This document shows, in pieces, positions 47,507 through 55,401 of a stretch of DNA of 64,000 bases. The position numbers and the translations under genes were made by a program. Positions within the stretch are counted from its first letter, which is position 1, and each line of letters starts with the position of its first letter. Source of the DNA: an uncultured bacterium (GTDB lineage Bacteria > Arandabacterota > Arandabacteria > JAGLYR01); the NCBI GenBank assembly GCA_964610505.1, contig CAZSXU010000008.1, positions 52,604 through 116,603 on the forward strand. Reading direction: 5' to 3'. The notes beneath the pieces were generated by a model, which searched no databases, was not told the origin of the DNA, and was given only the letters and a program-made list of their open reading frames with translations.

Positions 47507-47509
47507 CAG

Positions 47510-47959
47510 TTAGGAGGAGAACTTGCGGAAGCAGCTGATCACCGCAATCTGGGGCACCCGCCTCAAGGTCTCCTCGGGAATCCTCGCCGGATCCTGTTGG
47601 TCGAGTCCTTTTCTCAGATGAATCTGGCGCACCGCCTCGGCGACTTTTGCCAGGTCGATTCCTCGCGGACATCGGGCCAGGCAGGCAAAACACGACGCAC
47701 AGGTCCAGACCCCTCTGGACTCGGCAATCTCGGAAAAACAACCGATCTGAAGCAGCTTCATCCACTGCGCGGGCGTGTAGTCCATGTAGTCGGACGTCGG
47801 ACACCCGGCCGCGCAGCAACCACACTGAATGCACCGAAATACGTCGATTCCGCTGATCTCCCGAATTTTCTCAAGGAGCCCGGCGTGGCGCGATCGGGTG
47901 TGTGGATGGATGGTATCGTCGCTCTCCACGGACCGTAGCGTGAGGGGAAATCGACCCAT
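47510..47959 (-). CDS. hdrC: Heterodisulfide reductase subunit C (2x[4Fe-4S])
   Basis: CIQCGCCAAGCP and WTCASCFACLARCPRGI; SD GGGAGAG upstream. Confidence 0.88.
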   Translation of the reverse strand: MGRFPLTLRSVESDDTIHPHTRSRHAGLLEKIREISGIDVFRCIQCGCCAAGCPTSDYMDYTPAQWMKLLQIGCFSEIAESRGVWTCASCFACLARCPRGIDLAKVAEAVRQIHLRKGLDQQDPARIPEETLRRVPQIAVISCFRKFSS

Positions 47960-48023
47960 CGTACTCTCCCGTCAGAGATTGGGATTCAGTTCCGGAATCC
48001 CGGTGGATAACCGTCGCACGGTT

Positions 48024-49715
48024 CTACGAGTATGTTTCCTTCAACCCCACGGTGCCACAGTAGTCCTTCGACAGCTGCCGCTTTCGAACATCGGGGTTCG
48101 AGTAGTCCGGCAACAGCATCGGGGACACACGGTCCGTGCGCACTCCCTCGCGGTCAATCTCTTCGTTGTACTTCTTCACGTGTTCCAGGCTGAGTTTCCC
48201 GTCCTTGGCCTCGGACGTGGCATAGCGGGCAGCGTGTTTGCCCGCCCTCTTGCCAAAGACGCACACGTCCAGAAGCGAATTCCCCATGAGACGATTCTCC
48301 CCATGGATGCCGCCCGCTACCTCCCCGGCCGCGTAGAACCCGGGAACGCTCGTCTGACAGTACGCGTCGATGTTCAACCCGCCGTTCTGGTAGTGGAGCG
48401 TTGGATACACGAGCATCGGCTCCTTCGAGATATCGATGTCGTGCCTTCTGTACACCTTGAGTTTGCCCAGGAATTCGCGCTCCACGGTTCCTTCACCCAG
48501 CAGATCGTCGATCATCGGCGAATCCACCCAGACACCGGAACGTCCTCCGGGGACGGGAACTCCGTTGCCCCTCTCCGCGCATTCGCGAATGAACGCGGCG
48601 GCCTCTACGTCTCGAGGCTCCCGCTCAAACACAAATTGCTCACCGTGGACGTTGACGATGTTGGCGCCGATCCCCCGGAATTTCTCCGTCAACAGAAGTC
48701 CCTCCAGTTGTTCCGGGAACACCGCGCCCGTGGGGTGAAACTGAACGGTATGAAGGAATGAGAGCTCCACGCCCGCCCGGTACCCCATCACCAGACCGTC
48801 GCCGGTGGCACCGTAGTGATTCGTGGTCATGAAGTTCTGAACGTGGAGTCTCCCGGATCCGCCCGTGGCCATGACTACCGCTTTGGCCTTGATTACCTGG
48901 TATTCCTCGGTCTCGTGATTGAACACGACAGCGCCGGCGCACTCGCCGTGTTCGCTGAGCACGAGCTCCACCGCCGAGGAGAATTCGACGATTCGAATGT
49001 CGTCCGGATAATTCTTCACTTCATCCCGGAGGGTCCGCATGATCTCCGCGCCCGTGATGTCAGAAGCGAAGTGCATCCGCTTGCGGCTCGTGCCCCCCCC
49101 ATGCATACTCTGGAGCCGCCCGTCGGGAAACTTGGTGAACATGCAGCCGAGGTTCTCCAGCCATGCCATGGTCTCCGGGGCATCCATCACCAGGGCTTCG
49201 ACGAGTTCGGGAACGTTCTCGAAATGTCCTCCGCCGATGACGTCCAGGTAGTGGTAGTAGGGCGAGTCCTTTTCTCCCTTTGAGGCGGCCTGGATTCCGC
49301 CCTCGGCCATCATCGTATTCGCATCGCCCATGCGCAGCTTCGTGGTGATGATGACCCTGGCCCCCTCCTTGCGGGCCATGAGCGCCGCAGAGGCCCCCGC
49401 TCCTCCGCCACCGACCACGAGAACGTCCGTCTCATAGGCGGGATTCATGAGATCCACGAGATCGGGGCGGACCCTGCTTCTGGCTTCCAGAAGGTCGACA
49501 ATCTCGGGTGAGATCTCGTACCCCTTATTCACTCCAATCCGGATCGGCCTCCTGGAACCAGCCTTGTGGTCGGGATGGTGCGCCCGTAGAAGCTCGGTTC
49601 GCTCCTCCAGCGACATCTCGGGGAACTCGTACCCCTCCCTCTTCCGCCGGACTCTCTCGGGCCGGGTGGCTTCGACCTTCTTGATCAGCTCCTTCAGTTC
49701 CGGTGTGTACGGCAT
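48024..49715 (-). CDS. Soluble fumarate reductase/succinate dehydrogenase-family flavoprotein (TfrA/SdhA-like)
   Basis: VLVVGGGGAG, AEGGIQAA, GHGRLH-equivalent GSGRLH, QFHPTG, LLTE, PRD, PTLHYQNGG and HGENRLMGNSL motifs; all dicarboxylate-site residues recognisable. Confidence 0.85.
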   Translation of the reverse strand: MPYTPELKELIKKVEATRPERVRRKREGYEFPEMSLEERTELLRAHHPDHKAGSRRPIRIGVNKGYEISPEIVDLLEARSRVRPDLVDLMNPAYETDVLVVGGGGAGASAALMARKEGARVIITTKLRMGDANTMMAEGGIQAASKGEKDSPYYHYLDVIGGGHFENVPELVEALVMDAPETMAWLENLGCMFTKFPDGRLQSMHGGGTSRKRMHFASDITGAEIMRTLRDEVKNYPDDIRIVEFSSAVELVLSEHGECAGAVVFNHETEEYQVIKAKAVVMATGGSGRLHVQNFMTTNHYGATGDGLVMGYRAGVELSFLHTVQFHPTGAVFPEQLEGLLLTEKFRGIGANIVNVHGEQFVFEREPRDVEAAAFIRECAERGNGVPVPGGRSGVWVDSPMIDDLLGEGTVEREFLGKLKVYRRHDIDISKEPMLVYPTLHYQNGGLNIDAYCQTSVPGFYAAGEVAGGIHGENRLMGNSLLDVCVFGKRAGKHAARYATSEAKDGKLSLEHVKKYNEEIDREGVRTDRVSPMLLPDYSNPDVRKRQLSKDYCGTVGLKETYS

Positions 49716-50453
49716 TTAGCTGACTCCTAGGAGGTGTTCCTTGCTCTGGGGTTCCCACATCTCATCGGCCATGTTGGGTTCCACTTCCCGTTCCACATAC
49801 AGCTTCTTCAGCTGCCCTCGGTCCATTTCCATGAGTTGCATGATCGGACCCGTATACTGTCCGTTCGTCACAGCCTCGACCTGCTTGTGAAGATGTTTCG
49901 CCCGAGGAGCCAGAAAGCGACCGTAGAGCCTCCTTGCCAGAATGGCGGCGTTGTAGTGCGAAATCTCGGCCGGGCACCGCGACGTACACAACCCGCACAT
50001 GATGCAGTCGAACGAGAGCTCGGCCGCCTTCTTGATATCTCCCCGCATGATTGCGTTGACGTAGTCCATGACCTCGATCTCCATCGGGCAGGACTTCGTG
50101 CACGTGTTGCAGCTCACGCACTTGAAGAGCTCGGGATAAAGGGCCTGGAAAGTCGCCACCGAGGCCTGCACCGTCTTCTTGTCAAAGACCGACCTCTTGG
50201 CCGGGAAGAACGGCAGCTGGGCCAGGTACATGTCGGGCTGAACCAGCGTCTGACACGCCAGTCCGATCTCGATCTTGTGGCTGTTCGGAAAACGGTACAC
50301 GGTACCGCACGCGCCGCAGATTCCGCCCCTGCAGCCGCATCCTCTCACCAGCTGGAATCCCGCGTACTCCATTGCCTTGAGGATGGTGAGCGTATCCGGC
50401 ACTTCGTACGTCGTGCCCATGATGTGGATGGGTATCAACCGTGCCTGTTCCAT
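49716..50453 (-). CDS. SdhB/TfrB-like iron-sulfur protein ([2Fe-2S] plus 2x[4Fe-4S])
   Basis: CRGGICGAC...LAC, CVSCNTCTKSCP and CIMCGLCTSRCP; SD GGGAG; first gene of the operon. Confidence 0.85.
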   Translation of the reverse strand: MEQARLIPIHIMGTTYEVPDTLTILKAMEYAGFQLVRGCGCRGGICGACGTVYRFPNSHKIEIGLACQTLVQPDMYLAQLPFFPAKRSVFDKKTVQASVATFQALYPELFKCVSCNTCTKSCPMEIEVMDYVNAIMRGDIKKAAELSFDCIMCGLCTSRCPAEISHYNAAILARRLYGRFLAPRAKHLHKQVEAVTNGQYTGPIMQLMEMDRGQLKKLYVEREVEPNMADEMWEPQSKEHLLGVS

Positions 50454-50830
50454 CGCTACTCCCGTGGGTTTTCAGGTTCCCTGTGTCTCTCGGACCGAAT
50501 CAAACAAAAGCATGAGGACAGGTTTTCCACCCGGGAAACCCCATCCGTATTCCAGGAACTCGAAGTTATCGGATTCGACGGCGACCGATCGAAAAGCAGC
50601 CGGATTGGGGGGGGGCACCCTCTGCGGTGAATCCCCACGCCGAGCGCGGCGCCGAGGATCTGAACAATAGCGGGTGCTCTGGATCGAGCAAGTTTCCCGA
50701 GGTGCCCAAGCGTGACTTCGCGAGGGGACAAACGTCCCGGTCGAGAAATCCGGGCAGGTTTCGTTCTGACAAGGATGCGGGTGCATGGAGTCCAATCGTC
50801 CGAACTAGGCTGAGTGATTCTGCGATCCCT

Positions 50831-50864
50831 CTTTGGCTCAGGCAAACCCTCGCCCCAGCCAAAG
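50831..50864 (-). other. Strong 5'-proximal hairpin in the leader of the Fe-S/hdr/mvh operon
   Basis: CTTTGGCT...AGCCAAAG 8-bp outer stem plus an inner GGGCGA/TTGCCT stem, a few nt downstream of the predicted -10. Confidence 0.55.
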
Positions 50865-50871
50865 ACCGATT

Positions 50872-50900
50872 ATTCTACCACTAAGGTCTGAGCATGTCTA
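50872..50900 (-). promoter_or_regulatory. Sigma70-type promoter of the fumarate-reductase-like/hdr/mvh operon
   Basis: TAGACA-N17-TAGAAT with a TGn extension, in an AT-rich patch. Confidence 0.65.
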
Positions 50901-50933
50901 GACCAAAAGTTGTAGATATCGTGTTCTAGACCA
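50894..50933. promoter_or_regulatory. Two TGGTCTAGACCA-like palindromic operators (GntR/HutC-subfamily type)
   Basis: ATGTCTAGACCA (50894-50905, overlapping the -35) and TGTTCTAGACCA (50922-50933), 28 bp apart. Confidence 0.6.
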
Positions 50934-51072
50934 TCAAACAGCAACTATCTGTCTTTTTTACAACAGATTATGGTCTCCACACCCCTTGGGCCATCCCTAC
51001 TCCCCGCTCGCCGGCATCCGCGGGAGATTCAGCGACCCTGTCCCTTGATGACCGCTCAACGCATTACAGAAT

Positions 51073-51303
51073 ATGACGTTACACACATATTTGTTCCCGT
51101 TCCAGATGAGCCGCATCGACGCCCTCGATCGGAGTGTCCGGACCCTTGTGGATGCGGGCCGGGCACCGGGACTCTACCGTGTGATCTGGGACGGCAGCGA
51201 TGACAACGGTGTGGCGGTCGCAAGCCGCGTGTGTTTTTGCCGAATTAGCTGGAATGGGCAAACCGAGACGAAGAGAATGGCTCTACTGAGGCAGCCCTTC
51301 TGA
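51073..51303 (+). pseudogene. Orphan, degenerate C-terminal half of a type-A-like CTD
   Basis: IDALDRSVRTLVDAGRAPGLYRVIWDGSDDNGVAVASRVCFCRISWNGQTETKRMALLR aligns without gaps to YDVLGRNVRTLVDADQAPGIYRVTWDGCDDRGVAVASGVYFYRVTWNGKSETNRMVLLK (tail of 28761-36587). No PNPFNP half, signal peptide or passenger domain. Confidence 0.75.
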
Positions 51304-51327
51304 TCGCGTTTTCGAAGGAGGTGGAGG

Positions 51328-52296
51328 ATGGAGCGGGCAGATCAACAATTGAGCATTCGCGCCGACGAGGCTGCACGACGGGCCGAAACCTATCTTCGTT
51401 CCCTGGTGGAAGAACACTCGGCTGACGGCGTTCTGATCGGTCTCAGCGGCGGGTTGGATTCGGCCGTTCTCGTCACGTTGGCGGTTCGCGCGCTGGGGAA
51501 AGACCGAGTGCACGTTGTGTTTCTGCCGGATCGGGACACCGAGGAATCCTCCGAACGCAATGCCCGGTTGCTTGCTGACTCGCTGGGGCTGGAACTACCG
51601 ACCGAGAGCATCGAGCCCGCGATGCGGGAGCACGGGGTATACTCCCCGTTTGCCATGCGAGGGGGCGGCGTCTCGCGAGCTCTGAATCGCTTCTTCCTCG
51701 ATCTGTACAGCCTCCTGTTTCGAGAACGCCCTTTTGTATCCAGCCTTCGCCGCGGAGAGTTCGGGAGGAATTGGCTCAAGGCCGTCGTGTATCGCCGCAC
51801 CGTCGGCCACATCGAGACCGCCTTCAACGCTCGCCACATGTACCGTCGGGAAATCCTGGAAGCAAGGGCAAAGGAACACAACTGGATCCTCCTGGGGGCG
51901 GCCAATCGTTCCGAGTGCATGGTGGGATGGTTCGTGAAGGACGGGATCGACGATCTCCCCATCTCCCCCATCATGGGGCTTTACAAAACACAGGTCCGGC
52001 AGCTCGCAGCGCACCTCGAACTTCCGGCGGTGATTCGCGAGCAGATTCCGACGCCGGACATGTTGAAGGGAGTCACCGACGAATTCGCCGTGGGAATTCC
52101 CTACGCTCGGACCGACATGGTGTTGGACGGGATGGAGTGCGGGTTATCGAACGAAGAGATGGCCGCCCGGGGCGTGACGAGGAACGAGATCGAGCACGTC
52201 CTCAAGATTCATCACCTCTCGAAATGGAAGAGGGAATCGCCTCACGAGACGCCGCCGGTGGACGGAAGCGTAGACGGGGGACTTCGCTCCTCATAG
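51328..52296 (+). CDS. nadE: NH3-dependent NAD+ synthetase
   Basis: GLSGGLDSAV P-loop, NARHMYRR, GAANRSE...GWFVKDGIDD, PIMGLYKTQVRQLA and PTPD motifs; SD GGAGG. Confidence 0.88.
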   Translation: MERADQQLSIRADEAARRAETYLRSLVEEHSADGVLIGLSGGLDSAVLVTLAVRALGKDRVHVVFLPDRDTEESSERNARLLADSLGLELPTESIEPAMREHGVYSPFAMRGGGVSRALNRFFLDLYSLLFRERPFVSSLRRGEFGRNWLKAVVYRRTVGHIETAFNARHMYRREILEARAKEHNWILLGAANRSECMVGWFVKDGIDDLPISPIMGLYKTQVRQLAAHLELPAVIREQIPTPDMLKGVTDEFAVGIPYARTDMVLDGMECGLSNEEMAARGVTRNEIEHVLKIHHLSKWKRESPHETPPVDGSVDGGLRSS

Positions 52297-52352
52297 CGGG
52301 GCCGGGCGTGGGGAAAAGGGGTGCACCCCCGCCTCACGGCTCGAACGCCTTT

Positions 52353-54143
52353 TTACCCCCCCACGTACCCCAGCGCCCTCAGTTTCTCGTAGAGCCCGTC
52401 GGTCGCACCCGATCGCCGAACGGTGGTGGCCAGCGTTCCGGTTTCGTACGTGGGCGTCCTCTGCACCGGATACATTTCGAGGAAATCCGGGGCAATGATC
52501 TCCACGAGAACGCGCCCGTCCATATCGTCCGCCACGGGAAGCCCGCCGAGTGCCAGAAGCGTCGGGGCGATGTCTCGAACATGGGCGTCGATCAACCGCG
52601 CACCCTGCCGCACCGCAGGCCCAGCGGCGATCAGGATCCCGTCCGGACCCCCGTAATGGCCCGCCTGTTGGGGCCCCCCTCGATAGGTCGGGCTGAACCC
52701 ATGATCCGAGGTCACCAGTATGGTCGTGCTGTCGCCGGCGATCCTCAGGAACTCGCCCAGAAGGCTGTCGGCGAGCACGTATTCCCTTTCAATGGCGCCC
52801 CCGTACCTCGCGAGATCCTCTTCCGTGACTCCCGAGTAGTACCGGGGTTCCATCCACTTCCACCGGAAGTGTTGGGTCCGGTCGGGCTCCTCGAAATAGA
52901 TCGTGAAGAAATCCGGCCGGTATGTGCGATAGAGGGGAACGCCGACTTCGTCTCTCCAGCGGGCGGCTTTCAGGATCGAGCTCACGATATCGTCATCCAG
53001 ATTCGATGGGTAGTAGAGGTCCGAACCCAAAAACGCTTCGAGGTCCGTGGCATCCTCCCTCACCCTCTCCGCAATGTCTCCCGCCGTACTGCTGATCAGG
53101 AAAGGTTCGACGGCTTCCGCCGGCCAGCTGATGAGGGGGCCCACCACGCCTGCCGTCCGGCCCATGTCGTTCATGATTCTCCAGACGGGCGTCGCCCGGC
53201 AGAGTGTTCGGTTGGCGATCACCGTCTCGATCCATCGCTCCCGGCGGAGGAAACTCAGGAGCCTCGCGACGCCCAGGCCCCTCCACGGCGGGACGATCGG
53301 CCGTGACAGTCCCGGCACCCGGTAGTAGTCGAATCCGTAGATCCCGTGCTTGGATTTGTCCTTCCCCGTGTAGATCCGCGTCCAGATATCGGCGGACACG
53401 GTACCCGAGGGGGACTTCAAATTTCCGAACGTGCCGCGCTCCGTAAGCCGCCGCGTGTTGGGCATGGCGCCCGCGTCCAGAAGCCGATTCATCACCGTCC
53501 AGGTCGCCCCGTCCCAACCGATGAGAAGGATTTTGGGAATCCCTGCGTCGCGCTCCACGACGGGGAGCCGCGACGTCGTGATCCTCTCCGGTTCCCTGCC
53601 GGTCAGATTGAGAACCAGCCCCAAGGCCCCCACCACGACGATCAAACCTAGAGCTGTGAAGCTCGGGGCGCGGCGGGAGAGTCGAAAGAGCGCGTACCCC
53701 GCGGCCACCGCAGCGGCCGCCATGGCGACTGTCCGGGCCGCAAAAAACACGCGCATTGCGGTCAGAGAATGGATGAAGGAGTAATCGTAGAAGTAGAGAT
53801 CTCGATTGTACAGCCGCATCCCCGACAGGAACAGATACAGGGCCGCGAGGACTCCGAGGGACACTGCGAACACCGTTCGCCCTCCCATCCGTCGGCCCTG
53901 AAGACCGAACAGGGAGAGCCCTCCGCCGATGAGGAGCCCGGCAACCGCCCCGACGATTCCGTAGATGACCACGAGGTAGAGTCCCAGGAGAACGCTGTCT
54001 CCGGTCATCCCGATGACGTTCAGCACCACCGCACGGGTGGCCATGACGTGACCGCCGAGACCGCCGACCAGGAGCCCGGCCAGTGCTCCGGAGAGAATCG
54101 TCGTCCGGACCGTACTCGCCTGAATGCCGTTACCGAGATTCAA
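52353..54143 (-). CDS. Membrane-anchored alkaline phosphatase/nucleotide pyrophosphatase-superfamily protein
   Basis: About 5 N-terminal TM segments; IGWDGATW, EPDRTQH, TSDHG, DIAPTLL and LRALGY tail. Confidence 0.75.
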   Translation of the reverse strand: MNLGNGIQASTVRTTILSGALAGLLVGGLGGHVMATRAVVLNVIGMTGDSVLLGLYLVVIYGIVGAVAGLLIGGGLSLFGLQGRRMGGRTVFAVSLGVLAALYLFLSGMRLYNRDLYFYDYSFIHSLTAMRVFFAARTVAMAAAAVAAGYALFRLSRRAPSFTALGLIVVVGALGLVLNLTGREPERITTSRLPVVERDAGIPKILLIGWDGATWTVMNRLLDAGAMPNTRRLTERGTFGNLKSPSGTVSADIWTRIYTGKDKSKHGIYGFDYYRVPGLSRPIVPPWRGLGVARLLSFLRRERWIETVIANRTLCRATPVWRIMNDMGRTAGVVGPLISWPAEAVEPFLISSTAGDIAERVREDATDLEAFLGSDLYYPSNLDDDIVSSILKAARWRDEVGVPLYRTYRPDFFTIYFEEPDRTQHFRWKWMEPRYYSGVTEEDLARYGGAIEREYVLADSLLGEFLRIAGDSTTILVTSDHGFSPTYRGGPQQAGHYGGPDGILIAAGPAVRQGARLIDAHVRDIAPTLLALGGLPVADDMDGRVLVEIIAPDFLEMYPVQRTPTYETGTLATTVRRSGATDGLYEKLRALGYVGG

Positions 54144-54651
54144 GGTTCCTCCGATACACCACCCGTACGACTAGAAATCGGCCGGCCGCACACGGATCAT
54201 GAGGATGATCCCCACGATGAAACCAAGCAGGGGAACCGTGGCCTACTGCCGCTCTCCACCAATCGCTCCACGACCCGTTTCCTACAAGATACCGGTTCGC
54301 ACAGGGCCTGACAATCGAAGTTCAAACACCCTCTTGCAAGGAACGGGGATAAATCGACGAGTCTCCGTTTGGGTTGCTCCGACGCCCTTCTCCGGGACCC
54401 ATTGTCCATTTCGGATCCGGCGTGCAGCGTTCGGGATGCCGCAGAGGCTTTCGGTTCCGGGTGGTGGCCGGCGCTCCAGGCGCAGGATCAATACGCGGGC
54501 CGATCTCGCCGTCTGAGGCATGCAAACGACCGACATGTACGGTCACCGGGTCTCTGGATTCTCTGAGTTCTAGGGCGAAGAGCAAGTGACAAGGGACGGG
54601 ACTGGAAACTCGGAAATCGGGCATTTCGCGGGGCACCCGGAAGCTGCTTCG

Positions 54652-55401
54652 CTACTGGGCCGAAAACGCCTGCGCCAGCTCTTTCCTGAGCGTGTTGCCG
54701 TCGACGTTTCGCCTCAGGCGGCCCTTGTTGGCCACCGACATGGCGCCCGTCTCCTCGGACACCACGACCACCACGGCGTCGGTTTCCTCGGTAAGACCCA
54801 GCGCCGCTCGATGGCGGGTCCCCAGCGTCTGGGCCAGGTGGGGATTTTGCGAGAGGGGAAGAATACAACCGGCGGCCACGACCTGATCGCCCTGAATGAT
54901 GACGGCGCCGTCGTGCAGCGGAGAGTGAGGCGTGAAAACCGTCCCAAGAAGCTCGGCGGTTACCTTTCCCTCGATTCGAGTCCCGGTCTCGACGTAGTTT
55001 CTGAGCGTGGCATTCTGCGTCATGACGATGAGGGCCCCGATCCTGGATGCCGACATGTCCCGGGCCGCCTTCACGATTTCCCCGATCGCGCCGGGCTCGG
55101 TGAATCGGATGAAGAAGCGCATGAAGCGGTTCTGGCCGAGCTGGGCCAGCCCCCTTCGCAGCTCGGGCTGAAAGAGAATCACAAAGGCCACCACCCATAC
55201 CGTCTTCAAGCTGGAAATGATCCAGTTGAGCTCGACTAGGTGAAGGGACTCCGCTGCGATTGAAGCAACGATGATCACCAGGAATCCCAGAAACATCTGG
55301 GCTCCCCGGGTCCCCTTGGCAAGCACGAGCAGTTTATAGAAGATGAAGGCGACAATCAGGATGTCCAGAGCGGCCAACAACCAGGAGCTCAATGAAGGCA
55401 T
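54652..55401 (-). CDS. cdaA: Diadenylate cyclase CdaA/DacA
   Basis: Three N-terminal TMs, ILFQPELRRGL, SPLHDGAV and GTRHRAALG catalytic motifs. Confidence 0.93.
   Translation of the reverse strand: MPSLSSWLLAALDILIVAFIFYKLLVLAKGTRGAQMFLGFLVIIVASIAAESLHLVELNWIISSLKTVWVVAFVILFQPELRRGLAQLGQNRFMRFFIRFTEPGAIGEIVKAARDMSASRIGALIVMTQNATLRNYVETGTRIEGKVTAELLGTVFTPHSPLHDGAVIIQGDQVVAAGCILPLSQNPHLAQTLGTRHRAALGLTEETDAVVVVVSEETGAMSVANKGRLRRNVDGNTLRKELAQAFSAQ

Noticed and set aside
47421-47834. N-terminal extension of the 431-aa ORF (HdrB fusion)
   Set aside because: It overlaps hdrC in another frame and runs through the tandem repeat; HdrB homology starts at 47420.
50472-50795. 107-aa ORF in the operon leader
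   Set aside because: No recognisable motif, SD or typical composition; treated as non-coding leader.
54171-54270. Short hydrophobic reading (GAIGGERQ*ATVPLLGFIVGIILMIRVRPADF*) resembling a transporter's last helix
   Set aside because: Too short, interrupted by a stop and without a start; may be a decayed gene but cannot be supported.
50454-54650. c-di-AMP (ydaO) riboswitch or SRP RNA near cdaA or in the leader
   Set aside because: The conserved signature sequences were not found by eye; an Rfam scan would be needed.
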